Positions 1 through 9,587 of a DNA stretch of 56,507 bases are shown here, piece after piece. The notes beneath the pieces were generated by a model, which had not been told where the DNA came from, did not search any database, and worked only from the letters and a program-made list of their open reading frames with translations. The position numbers were made by a program, and so were the translations under genes. Location of the stretch: assembly GCA_047626445.1 (NCBI GenBank), contig JBLHRW010000001.1:1-56507 (forward strand), in the 5' to 3' direction. Position 1 is the first letter of the stretch, and each line of letters begins with the position of its first letter. This stretch comes from Neolewinella sp. (GTDB lineage Bacteria > Bacteroidota > Bacteroidia > Chitinophagales > Saprospiraceae).

Positions 1-229
1 CTGAAAGGTAAAAGTCTTCGGAAACGTTCAGAAAACCTATCTTCGTAACCCCTGATTAGCGTGAGTTCTCCACAGGGGGGTCAGTGGGCCGGAATTGGGG
101 GGGGCAGTGACTCCGGAATATGCACGCCCGTACGGGCAAACGTTTTTACCTCGTGTTCCCGATGGGAGCATAGAATCTTTACTAATTGCGAATAATTGCT
201 GAAGCCATAAGGTTAAATATCATCATTAC

Positions 230-2629
230 ATGATCAAAAAGGTAAAAAGAAAGACTACGTGGGTCCACAGTTTCGATGAAATGATCGCTGAGAACAAATG
301 GCTCGCATACGTATGGTTGGCCGGCGTCACGTTTTTGGTATACCATCAGGTTCTCGGCCATGACTTTGTGAATTTTGATGATAGTAAGTTAATATATAAC
401 AACCCCATTGTCACCCAGCCCGAACTTGCGATTAAAGAAATCTTTACCTGGGGGCTTTTTGGTGGCTACTACAAACCATTGGCTTTCTTAAGCTGGCGGA
501 TAGATTATCAGCTCTTTGGAGCCAATCCTACGGTTTTTCATTTCAATAATCTTCTCCTTCACTTTTTTAATGTCGTTCTGGTCTACCGGATAGGGGTTGC
601 CTTAATGGGGCAATTCAATTTAGATAAAAACAAAATTCAACTCGGGGCAATTTTACTTGCTACCCTTTTCGCTGTTCATCCGCTGCACGTTGAGTCTGTT
701 GCTTGGGCGGTTGAGCGCAAGGATGTCTTGTTTTCTTTCTTCTTTCTAGCTGGCTGGCTGGTCTATCTGCAATACTTGAAAAATGGAAAATCCTTGTTAC
801 TGGTGGCCGTCGCTTTACTCTACCTGGCTTCCATGCTATCAAAGTCGATGGGGATTACCCTTTTGCCGGTTCTCCTGCTAACCGATTATGTTTACGGAAG
901 GACGGACATAAAAAAGATAGTGCTGGAGAAGATACCCATTGCGGTCAGTCTCTTGTTGGGAGCGTACCTTTTTGGGTTAATTGGTAATCTCTTAGAATTT
1001 AGTGCGCCATTAGCGATGGCGGGGGAATCCACTGAATCAGTAACCAACCTAGAGGTATCTTTTTTTGAAAAAATCCAAATTCAATCTTCCAAGTACCTAC
1101 TTTGGTTGCTTCATCTGATTTTTCCCGTTAAGTTGTCAGTTGTTTACCCTGGAGAGCAAATCATTAAGAGCCTGGGGCCAATAAAGCTGCTGGCGCCTTT
1201 CCTGCTGGCAGGTATATGTTGGCTCACCTATAGCCTAAGAAGAAACCGTAAGGAGTTGCTCTTTGGGCTGCTATTCTTTTTAGTGACATTGGCACCTATT
1301 TTGGCAATGTCCCTAAAAAAGGGTTTTGGTGTGTTTCTGTCTGACCGCTACACCTACATTCCCATGCTAGGCTTATTCTTGCTGCTTCTGCCCACGATCT
1401 TAAAACTGCCCATTATTAATAACCGAAAGGCGGCAATTACCATTTTATGCGTCCCCATTTTTCTGCTTTCTATTGGGTCGTTTCAAGCCGTTAAAGTTTG
1501 GGGGAACTCCGCAACACTGTGGACCAATGTTATTGAAAAAGTCGGAAATAGTTGGGTCGCCTACAGCGGAAGAGGTATGTACTACCTGGACCGTGGGGAG
1601 TATGAGGCGGCACTTTTCGACTTTGACAAGGCTATCCTATATTCCCAAGGATTACCTTCGCCTTTCTACAGTCGGGCTCGACTCATGATAGAAACCGAGG
1701 ATTTTGAGGAAGCTCTTGTTAGCATCAACAGGTATCTGGAGTTAAAACCAAATAATGCTACCGCTCTGAAAAAGCGTTCTTATATCCATACCAAACTCCA
1801 GCGAATGGAACTTGCTATGGAAGATATAAACAAAGCCATCAACTTAAAGCCGAACGAGGCTTCGCAGTACGTTGACAAGGCTGACATTCTGATAAAAACG
1901 AAACGATTGGAGGAAGCGCTTAAGAATATTGACAAGAGCATCGAGCTGTCTCCTGATTATTGGCTTGCTTACCAAAAACGTGCTTTAATCAGAGAGATGC
2001 GCGATGACATTAATGGTGCATTGCAGGATATCGAGCGCTCCATCGCTATCAAGCCGGATGAACCCTTACTCTTCAACAATAAGAGTGTCCTACTTTTTAA
2101 GCTGGGAAGACTGGACGAAGCTCTCAGTGCTGTCAACCAATGCTTGGTCTTGGATCCTTATTATGTAAAAGGAATAGCGACCCAAAATACTATTCTGGCC
2201 GCAAAGAAAAATGGGGGCACTCCACCAACGATTGGTCTAAGTCAACCTAGCAGTGATCTTAACAAGGATTACTTAATGTATAAGCAGCAGGCGACGGAAT
2301 TAAAGCAAGAGAAACAAACAGCAGAAGCTGTCGAGGTATACACCAAGCTGATCTCTATTGCCCCGGATAACTACAGTAATTATGTTGAGAGAGGTCTTCT
2401 GAACCTTGAATTGGGTAATAATGAACTCGCAGTAGCTGATTTCACCGTAGGCATTCAACTAAAGCCTGATTATTACCAGATATTGTTCTTCCGGTCGATA
2501 GCTTATAATAATGGGCAGCAGACCTCAAAAGCAATGCAGGACGCTAAGGCCGCCCAGGCCCATGGTGTCGAGATAACTGAGGATTACCTGCGGGCATTAG
2601 AAGCGGGTATCTTGAAGGAGCAAAATTAA
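230..2629 (+). CDS. TMTC-like GT-C membrane glycosyltransferase with C-terminal TPR repeats
   Basis: Multi-TM N-half with FVNFDD, HPLHVESVAWAVERKDVL and SDRYTYIP motifs; TPR-like repeats in the C-half; true start may be M at 281. Confidence 0.8.
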   Translation: MIKKVKRKTTWVHSFDEMIAENKWLAYVWLAGVTFLVYHQVLGHDFVNFDDSKLIYNNPIVTQPELAIKEIFTWGLFGGYYKPLAFLSWRIDYQLFGANPTVFHFNNLLLHFFNVVLVYRIGVALMGQFNLDKNKIQLGAILLATLFAVHPLHVESVAWAVERKDVLFSFFFLAGWLVYLQYLKNGKSLLLVAVALLYLASMLSKSMGITLLPVLLLTDYVYGRTDIKKIVLEKIPIAVSLLLGAYLFGLIGNLLEFSAPLAMAGESTESVTNLEVSFFEKIQIQSSKYLLWLLHLIFPVKLSVVYPGEQIIKSLGPIKLLAPFLLAGICWLTYSLRRNRKELLFGLLFFLVTLAPILAMSLKKGFGVFLSDRYTYIPMLGLFLLLLPTILKLPIINNRKAAITILCVPIFLLSIGSFQAVKVWGNSATLWTNVIEKVGNSWVAYSGRGMYYLDRGEYEAALFDFDKAILYSQGLPSPFYSRARLMIETEDFEEALVSINRYLELKPNNATALKKRSYIHTKLQRMELAMEDINKAINLKPNEASQYVDKADILIKTKRLEEALKNIDKSIELSPDYWLAYQKRALIREMRDDINGALQDIERSIAIKPDEPLLFNNKSVLLFKLGRLDEALSAVNQCLVLDPYYVKGIATQNTILAAKKNGGTPPTIGLSQPSSDLNKDYLMYKQQATELKQEKQTAEAVEVYTKLISIAPDNYSNYVERGLLNLELGNNELAVADFTVGIQLKPDYYQILFFRSIAYNNGQQTSKAMQDAKAAQAHGVEITEDYLRALEAGILKEQN

Positions 2630-2861
2630 TTAAGCGGCGCCGGGTATCTTCTCGCCGCGACAATTTGGGTCGCGCCCATAGCATCCGTGGTCCCGCTGCT
2701 TATCAATGACCTTCCACTGCACCTGCGGCCGCGCCCAGAACCTCCCACGGAGTATGGAGATCTATGGCTGGAATAAGGAAAGTGGCAGACTAGTAATCCG
2801 CACATACTACTAAAATTCATCAAAACCTTACCTACGGTCTAAGATTTGACAGACACAAGTG

Positions 2862-2916
2862 TTTGTGGAGTCCACAAAAAACACTATATTGACCAATATA
2901 CAAAACAACGTTTCAT
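2862..2916 (+). promoter_or_regulatory. Candidate sigma70 promoter (TTTG-N19-TATATTGA) followed by candidate IclR-type operator ACAAAACAACGTTTCAT
   Basis: TTTG 2862-2865, imperfect -7 element 2885-2892, KdgR-box-like imperfect palindrome 2900-2916 ending 3 nt before ATG 2920. Confidence 0.4.
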
Positions 2917-2919
2917 TAT

Positions 2920-3699
2920 ATGGCACAACCAACGAATCATCTCGCCGCGCTTCTTGATCAAGCATCCTTCTCTGCAAAAGCAATTCCACAGATCAGCCTG
3001 CGTCAAAAAATCAGCCTGACGGATGCCTACGCGATACAAAAAGTCTCCCTGGGCAAGCGGTATGAAAGAGGCGAGAGGCCAACTGGCTTTAAGCTGGGCT
3101 TTACGAGTAAAGCAAAGATGGAGCAAATGGGGGTCCATGAAATTATTTGGGGCCGCCTGACGGATCGCATGGATGTGAAGCCTAGCGGAGTGTTACGCAA
3201 GGGAGCCTTTATTCACCCCAGAGTAGAGCCGGAAATTGCCTTTCTGATCAGTGACCGTATTGACCGATTGATTACCCTGGAAGAGGCGCCTGATTTCCTG
3301 GCTGGGGTTGCGGGGGCATTAGAAGTGATAGATTCCAGGTATGAAAACTTCAAGTTTTCGCTGGAGGATGTGATCGCTGATAACTGTTCTTCTGCCGCCT
3401 ATGTAATTGGTGATTGGATGGCACCCGATACGCCCATCGAGGCCCAGGAAATCACCTTGCAAATAAATGGGGAAGTGGTTCAGCGCGGCAATTCCAATGC
3501 GATACTGGGCAACCCTTTGGCGTCGTTAGTGGAGATCGCCCGGATCTTGCATGAAAACGGAGAAGTAATTGAAGCAGGGGCCGTTATTTTAGCTGGCGCG
3601 GCTACTTCGGCCGTTTATCTTAAGTCCGGCGATAAGGTCGAAGGTCTTTTTGAAGGGCTGGGCCCCGTCCAGTTGACGGTATCCGGAACTGACGATTAG
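2920..3699 (+). CDS. dmpH: 4-oxalocrotonate (2-oxo-3-hexenedioate) decarboxylase, FAH superfamily
   Basis: GFKLGFTSKAKMEQMGV, HPRVEPEIAF and DVIADNCSS motifs; context of 3-HAA catabolic cluster. Confidence 0.8.
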   Translation: MAQPTNHLAALLDQASFSAKAIPQISLRQKISLTDAYAIQKVSLGKRYERGERPTGFKLGFTSKAKMEQMGVHEIIWGRLTDRMDVKPSGVLRKGAFIHPRVEPEIAFLISDRIDRLITLEEAPDFLAGVAGALEVIDSRYENFKFSLEDVIADNCSSAAYVIGDWMAPDTPIEAQEITLQINGEVVQRGNSNAILGNPLASLVEIARILHENGEVIEAGAVILAGAATSAVYLKSGDKVEGLFEGLGPVQLTVSGTDD

Positions 3700-3741
3700 T
3701 AAATTTCGAACAGATTGAATATGGTCTCATTGCGTCCCTTA

Positions 3742-3900
3742 GGGACGCCGTACAAATAACTTACGCCTTTTGACCGTCTTATTTTGCCCTCACCGCACCT
3801 AAAAATCATTTCCGTAACAAAGGCTATGCAAAGGATTTTTAAGCGCAGTGAGAACAAAAGCGTCAGGTCAAAAACCAGTAAGTTATTTATACGGCGTCCC
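3742..3900. mobile_element. 159-bp MITE, copy 1
   Basis: TIR GGGACGCCGTACAAATAACTTAC / GTAAGTTATTTATACGGCGTCCC, flanked by TTA on both sides; internal long hairpin. Confidence 0.8.
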
Positions 3901-3919
3901 TTAATAATCCAAGCTACGG

Positions 3920-4699
3920 ATGAAGGAATTAAAGAATTCAGTCCATAAAACCTTTGCTATTCTGGAGCACTTCACGATTGACAAGCCGGCGTGGGGGGTA
4001 ACGGAATTGGCAAAAGAGATCGGGTCTAATAAAAGTACCGTATTCAGGTTTTTGGCGCAGTTGCATTCCATCGGCATTCTAGACAAGGATGCCGAAACAG
4101 AGAAATACAGCCTTGGCCTCAAACTCTTTGAATTGGGAAATAGGGTGCAACTCAGAAGGGCACTGGTTGAAAAAACACACCCGAAGCTGGCTTCTGTAGC
4201 GATGAACATTACGGAAACTGTCCATATTGCTGTTTTGAACAAGCACCAGGTTTTTTATATTGACAAGGTGGAAAGTCCGCAAGGCCTGAAAACCAGCAGT
4301 CATATCGGAAGTTACAATCCTGCTTATTGTACGGCGCTGGGCAAGGTCTTGCTAGCTTTTTTACCTGCGGAGCAGCAAGGCGCGGCCCTGGACTTTATTT
4401 TTGACGAAGCGGGAACGACTGCTTTTACGAAAATGACCATTACGGACAGGCCCCGGTTACTCCAGGAATTAGCCAAGGTCAGAGCAGAGAAGTACGCGCT
4501 TGATCTGGAAGAGCTTGAAGAAGGGCTCATTTGTATTGCCATTCCTATCTTTAATCAACAGCAGGAGGTGGTGGCAAGCCTGAGTGCTTCAGGCCCCGCT
4601 AGCCGATTTCGGGAGGATAAGGTAAAAGGTTACCTTACTATGCTCTCCGAAGGCGCCCTGGCCATTCAAGAGCGGATTGGCAACTACAGCATTTTATGA
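3920..4699 (+). CDS. IclR family transcriptional regulator
   Basis: N-terminal HTH (GVTELAKEIGSNKSTVFR), ETVHIAV, YCTALGKVLLAF, CIAIPI motifs. Confidence 0.92.
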   Translation: MKELKNSVHKTFAILEHFTIDKPAWGVTELAKEIGSNKSTVFRFLAQLHSIGILDKDAETEKYSLGLKLFELGNRVQLRRALVEKTHPKLASVAMNITETVHIAVLNKHQVFYIDKVESPQGLKTSSHIGSYNPAYCTALGKVLLAFLPAEQQGAALDFIFDEAGTTAFTKMTITDRPRLLQELAKVRAEKYALDLEELEEGLICIAIPIFNQQQEVVASLSASGPASRFREDKVKGYLTMLSEGALAIQERIGNYSIL

Positions 4700-4794
4700 A
4701 GAAATAGAAAGCGAGAAGCCTTTTTTACTATAGGCTACTTGATTTCCAGGTTTTACACGATAGACAAGCATTTTCTAACCAAAAAAACGAATTC

Positions 4795-5310
4795 ATGTCG
4801 AAATTACCACCAGCCATCAACTTCAAGAAATGGATAGACGACAACCGTCACCTGTTGAAGCCACCAGTAGGGAATAAGGCAATTTACAATGAAGACTATA
4901 TTGTAATGATTGTCGGAGGGCCCAACTCTCGTAAAGACTACCACCTGAACCAGACGCCAGAGTTTTTCTATCAGGTAGAAGGAGACATCGTTCTAAAGGT
5001 CATTGAAGACGGCGCGCCCCGAGATGTACACATCAGAGAAGGAGAGGTCTTTTATCTGCCGCCAAACATTCCGCACTCCCCTCAAAGAGGTGCAAATACG
5101 GTAGGCCTTGTCATTGAACAAAGAAGGCCCGAAGGGATGGACGATGGCCTCGCCTGGTTCTGTGAAAAGTGCCACAACAAGCTATATGAAGAGCCTTTTG
5201 CCCTACAGAATATAGAAACTGATATGCCTGTTATTTTCGACAGGTACTACTCTAATGCGGCCTTGTGTACTTGCGATGCTTGTGGTGCTGTGATGGAGAA
5301 ACCTGCTTGA
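4795..5310 (+). CDS. nbaC: 3-hydroxyanthranilate 3,4-dioxygenase
   Basis: LLKPPVGNK, GGPNSRKDYH, EFFYQ, PHSPQR; rubredoxin-like CEKC...CDAC. Confidence 0.95.
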   Translation: MSKLPPAINFKKWIDDNRHLLKPPVGNKAIYNEDYIVMIVGGPNSRKDYHLNQTPEFFYQVEGDIVLKVIEDGAPRDVHIREGEVFYLPPNIPHSPQRGANTVGLVIEQRRPEGMDDGLAWFCEKCHNKLYEEPFALQNIETDMPVIFDRYYSNAALCTCDACGAVMEKPA

Positions 5311-5314
5311 TTTG

Positions 5315-5452
5315 GCGGTGTGTCAAATATAAGGACGAGTGGTGATCTCTCGGTTGAGGGTGTCCCCACCCGAATAGCTTAGGTTACAATAACTTCGGGT
5401 GGGGACAGCCTCAACCGGATTATTTAACGGGCCCTTACGTTTGATACACCTC
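5315..5452. repeat. Nested inverted-repeat element: outer ~20-bp IR enclosing a 24-bp REP-like doublet
   Basis: Outer arms 5315-5334/5433-5452; inner arms CGGTTGAGGGTGTCCCCACCCGAA 5351-5374 and 5394-5417; inner arm recurs at 52795-52818. Confidence 0.75.
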
Positions 5453-5519
5453 TTTTTGATTTTCAACCACATTTCCTGGAAGCTTGGTAGTCAGGTCAGG
5501 TACAAGATAAAATTTAAAT

Positions 5520-6599
5520 ATGCAGGGTCTAAGAATTAACGGACACTCCCACCTACTACCATACCCCGAGCAAATCCCTGCCTACCTCAAAGACAAGGAG
5601 ATCTTCTGGATTGATGAGGACAGGAAGTACATGCTTCAGAAAAACTGGAAACGCCCCGTCACAGATTCAAGCTTTTTCTTAAACGAAAAGCTGGAGTGGA
5701 TGGAGCGTAATCGGATCGACCACAGCGTGGTGCTGAATTTATCTCAACTTTATGGGAATGGCTTGAGCATACAGGACATGAAACACGCCTTGCGGTTTCA
5801 GAATGACTTTAATGCTGGGGTACAACACGATTATCCCGAAAAATTCACGTGTGGCTTTGTTGTCCATGCCGGCTTTATTGACGGTGCATGTTGGGAGATT
5901 AAGCGCTGCGTGGAAGAGTTGGGCTTGCGGTTACTCTGCCTGCCTACCCACTATATGGATACGAGTGGCAAATGGCGGGGGATCTTCAATGAGGAGACCG
6001 CTCCTATTTTTGAATTGGCCAACAAGTATAAGCTGGCCATAGAAATTCACCCGTACGACGGGGAGAAGTTCATCAAGCTGGAGAACACCGCCTGGCGTTT
6101 TCATCTCGTATGGATGATTGCCCAGTGTGCGGATGCCTACCACTTTTATACCTTGAATGGCTTGTACGATAAGTACCCGGATATTCGCGTTTGCTTTGCG
6201 CATGGCGGGCAACTGAACCACCTCAACATCGGCCGAAGAACGCAGGGCTATGATGGCCGGCCGGATCTCTTTGAAGGGATGACTCGGCCAAGAAAAGCAG
6301 TAGGCCATCCCAATATCTACTTTGACACCTTGGTGCATGATACGCTCTCGCTGGAACTGATGGTCCGGAGGCAGCAAGGAACCGACCAGATTCTGCTCGG
6401 GTTGGATGACCCCTATCCGCTAGGGGAAATGGAAAGTGAGCGACAATCGTCTTACCCTGGCAAGTTATTGGACCTGGCAGTTGAAGAGGGCGTCATCTCT
6501 GCGCAGCAACAGGAGGAAGTCTGGAGTGACAATGTCATCAGGTGGCTCTGTGGAGAGGAGCAGGAGCAATTTATGGAACGAATAACTAAAGGAAAATAA
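5520..6599 (+). CDS. nbaD: 2-amino-3-carboxymuconate-6-semialdehyde decarboxylase (amidohydrolase superfamily)
   Basis: HSH metal motif, IEIHP, FAHGG, YFDTLVHD, DDPYPLGE; directly downstream of nbaC. Confidence 0.8.
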   Translation: MQGLRINGHSHLLPYPEQIPAYLKDKEIFWIDEDRKYMLQKNWKRPVTDSSFFLNEKLEWMERNRIDHSVVLNLSQLYGNGLSIQDMKHALRFQNDFNAGVQHDYPEKFTCGFVVHAGFIDGACWEIKRCVEELGLRLLCLPTHYMDTSGKWRGIFNEETAPIFELANKYKLAIEIHPYDGEKFIKLENTAWRFHLVWMIAQCADAYHFYTLNGLYDKYPDIRVCFAHGGQLNHLNIGRRTQGYDGRPDLFEGMTRPRKAVGHPNIYFDTLVHDTLSLELMVRRQQGTDQILLGLDDPYPLGEMESERQSSYPGKLLDLAVEEGVISAQQQEEVWSDNVIRWLCGEEQEQFMERITKGK

Positions 6600-6610
6600 A
6601 AACTAAGACG

Positions 6611-7885
6611 GTGGAAGGATTTCAAAACAACCTTGCCTTTGCAAGGAAAATGGACGAGTTGGATGAATTGCGAGCATACAGGTCGGAATTTCATATACCT
6701 GTACAGGACAACGGCCAGCCCTATGTTTATCTCTGTGGCAACTCGCTTGGGTTGCAACCAAAAGCTACGGAAGGCTATTTGCTGCAAGAGTTAAAGGACT
6801 GGAAAAACCTCGGTGTTGAAGGGCACTTTCATGCCAAGAACCCCTGGATGCCCTACCATGAGTTTTTGACGGAAGCCATGGCCAGGGTCGTAGGCGCAAA
6901 GCCAAACGAAGTGGTGGTGATGAATACACTCACGGTGAATTTGCACCTGATGATGGTCTCTTTCTACCGCCCTGATGGTAGACGAAAAAAAATCATTATC
7001 GAGGCGGATGCTTTTCCATCTGACAAATATGCCGTAGAGTCCCAAATTAGGTTTCATGGGCTGTCTCCAGAAGATTGTCTGATTGAATTAAAAGCGAGAC
7101 CGGGAGAAGTTTGTCTGCGGCAAGGAGACATCCTGGAGGTCATTGACACCCAGGGGGAAGAGGTGGCACTCATTCTTCTAGGAAACACCAACTATTACAC
7201 CGGGCAGTTTTTTGACATGAAAACAATCTCCGCGCACGGGCATTCCAAGGGATGTATGGTTGGATTTGATTGCGCCCATGGCGCAGGCAATGTGCCCTTG
7301 AACTTACACGACTCAGGCTGTGACTTTGCCGTTTGGTGTAACTACAAATACCTGAACTCCGGACCCGGAGGTATGGGCGGCGCTTTTGTGCATGAACGAC
7401 ATGGAGACCGTCAGGACATGCCCCGGTTCGAGGGCTGGTGGGGGCACAATAAGGAGACGCGTTTTAAAATGCGCGATGCCTTTGACCCCACACCAGGAAC
7501 GGATGCATGGCAGCTGAGTAATCCGCCAATTCTTGCGATGGTCTCCGTCTGGTCTGCCTTGAAAATTGCTGACGAAATTGGCATGGAAAAGCTACGCAAA
7601 AAGGCCCTTTCCCTAACGGGCTATCTCGAATACCTGGTCAATACACTGGGGGATGATGTGATCAACATCGTTACACCAGCGGACCCTGCACAAAGAGGCT
7701 CGCAGTTGTCTATTCAGGTGAAATCAGCGGACAAAAAACTGTTCGACAAGATTACCGAAGACGGAGTAATTGCAGATTGGCGGGAACCCGACGTCATCAG
7801 AGTCGCCCCCGTGCCGACGTATAACTCCTACGAAGATGTGTATAATTTTTACACCATTTTGAAATCTGCCGTTGCAGTAAATTAA
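6611..7885 (+). CDS. kynU: Kynureninase
   Basis: YLCGNSLGLQPK, AFPSD, DCAHGAGN, WCNYKYLNSGPG (PLP lysine), GWWGH. Confidence 0.96.
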   Translation: MEGFQNNLAFARKMDELDELRAYRSEFHIPVQDNGQPYVYLCGNSLGLQPKATEGYLLQELKDWKNLGVEGHFHAKNPWMPYHEFLTEAMARVVGAKPNEVVVMNTLTVNLHLMMVSFYRPDGRRKKIIIEADAFPSDKYAVESQIRFHGLSPEDCLIELKARPGEVCLRQGDILEVIDTQGEEVALILLGNTNYYTGQFFDMKTISAHGHSKGCMVGFDCAHGAGNVPLNLHDSGCDFAVWCNYKYLNSGPGGMGGAFVHERHGDRQDMPRFEGWWGHNKETRFKMRDAFDPTPGTDAWQLSNPPILAMVSVWSALKIADEIGMEKLRKKALSLTGYLEYLVNTLGDDVINIVTPADPAQRGSQLSIQVKSADKKLFDKITEDGVIADWREPDVIRVAPVPTYNSYEDVYNFYTILKSAVAVN

Positions 7886-7891
7886 TCAATT

Positions 7892-9235
7892 ATGAATAAG
7901 AAGGATAAGATAATAATCGTCGGAGCTGGATTATGCGGCTGCTTGTTAGCCATCAGGTTAGCGCAAAGAGGTTATCAAATTAACCTCTACGAAAGACGAC
8001 CTGATATGCGGCTCAGCTCGGGAGATGCAGGTCGCTCCATTAACCTTGCCTTGTCTGACAGAGGCTTGCGGGCTTTGGCAATAGCGGGATTAAAAGAAAA
8101 GGTATTGGAGAACACCATTCCAATGAGGGGACGCATGATCCACCCTGCAGAGGGGGAGGATTTTCTATCTCTTTATAGTGCAAGACCGTCAGATTATATC
8201 AATTCTGTATCACGGCCGGGCCTGAATATATTACTGCTCAATCAAGTGGAGGCGTATGATAATATTGAGCTCAAATTTGACGCCTCGGTAATTGACATGG
8301 ATGTCAAGGCCGCAGAAATAGAATACGTTTATAAGGGGGAAAAGAAAAAAGACAAGGGCGTTGTCGTCATTGGAACAGATGGAGCGGGGTCAGTAGTCAG
8401 AAGAAACCTGATGAAGTACACAAATGAGTTGCTTTTTAATTATTCTCAGGATTTTCTACGGCACGGCTACAAGGAACTAAGTATCCATCCTGGGCCCAAC
8501 GGAACCTGGAAGCTGGAAAAAGAAGCCCTCCACATTTGGCCAAGGGGTGAATTTATGATTATCGCCCTGCCTAACCCGGATGGTAGTTTTACCCTCACCA
8601 TGTTCCACCCCTATGAAACAGAAATCGGGTTTAACCACCTGGATACGGAAGCGAAAGTGACCGCTTTCTTTGAGGAGTATTTTCCGACACTCCTGCCTTA
8701 CATTCCGCATTACCTGGAAGAGTATTTTGCGAACCCCGTTGGAAACCTGGGAACGATTAAATGCTTCCCGTGGCAAGCCTTTGGCAAAGTGCTCGTGATG
8801 GGAGACGCCTCCCACGCCATCGTTCCTTTCTACGGCCAGGGCATGAATGCATCTCTTGAAGATGTCCGCGTTTTTGATGAGTTGCTCGACGAACTTGGTG
8901 ACAACTGGGAAATACTTTTCAAAGCATTTGAGGAAAGTCGGAAAGAAAACGCTGATGCTATTGCAGCCCTGGCAATAGATAACTTCTACGAAATGCGCGA
9001 TGCGGTTGACGATGTCGCCTTCAAAAGAAAACGAAAAATCGAAATGCAGTTGGAACAACAGTTTCCCGACTACTACTCGAAATACGCATTGGTGACCTTC
9101 CGGGGAGACATCTCTTACCAGGAAGCGAAATCGCGGGGGAGAAGGCAAGATGAAATCTTACTGAAGCTATGCAAGGAGGAGAACTTTGAGGACATGTCTC
9201 TGGACTTCTTTTATGAGCAGGTGCAATCTGCGTAA
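7892..9235 (+). CDS. kmo: Kynurenine 3-monooxygenase
   Basis: GAGLCG FAD motif, GRSINLALSDRG, LHIWPRG, GDASHAIVPFYGQGMN. Confidence 0.95.
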   Translation: MNKKDKIIIVGAGLCGCLLAIRLAQRGYQINLYERRPDMRLSSGDAGRSINLALSDRGLRALAIAGLKEKVLENTIPMRGRMIHPAEGEDFLSLYSARPSDYINSVSRPGLNILLLNQVEAYDNIELKFDASVIDMDVKAAEIEYVYKGEKKKDKGVVVIGTDGAGSVVRRNLMKYTNELLFNYSQDFLRHGYKELSIHPGPNGTWKLEKEALHIWPRGEFMIIALPNPDGSFTLTMFHPYETEIGFNHLDTEAKVTAFFEEYFPTLLPYIPHYLEEYFANPVGNLGTIKCFPWQAFGKVLVMGDASHAIVPFYGQGMNASLEDVRVFDELLDELGDNWEILFKAFEESRKENADAIAALAIDNFYEMRDAVDDVAFKRKRKIEMQLEQQFPDYYSKYALVTFRGDISYQEAKSRGRRQDEILLKLCKEENFEDMSLDFFYEQVQSA

Positions 9236-9270
9236 TAGTGTCGCGTGAGGGAGAGCTGAAGCTTTCGTTT

Positions 9271-9477
9271 TAGGCCTGAAACACAACTTTTTAGCTTTCC
9301 CACAAAGCTTAAATTGTGACGAGAAGCCAGGTAGCTTTGAATGGAATTTTCGGCTTCGGCTTCCGGGGCTTCGTTAACCGAGAAGCCACCGGCACAGCCA
9401 AGCATTTTTGCTACTTTTGATGCGTCACCATGCAGTAGCCGCGAAGCGAAAAGTAGGCCCCCGGCAGGGCGGATATC
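9271..9477. repeat. Internally deleted copy of the long intergenic element at 11259-11608
   Basis: Collinear with 11259-11353 and 11518-11608; carries an extra 22-bp insert at 9427-9448. Confidence 0.75.
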
Positions 9478-9587
9478 GCTTCCGCTATGTTGAAACAAAG
9501 GCCATCGAAATGGACAGGATGCTACTGGCCTGTCGAAGCAAATGCCCCGATATTCTCGTTAAAATCTAAATTAGAAAACCGATATTT

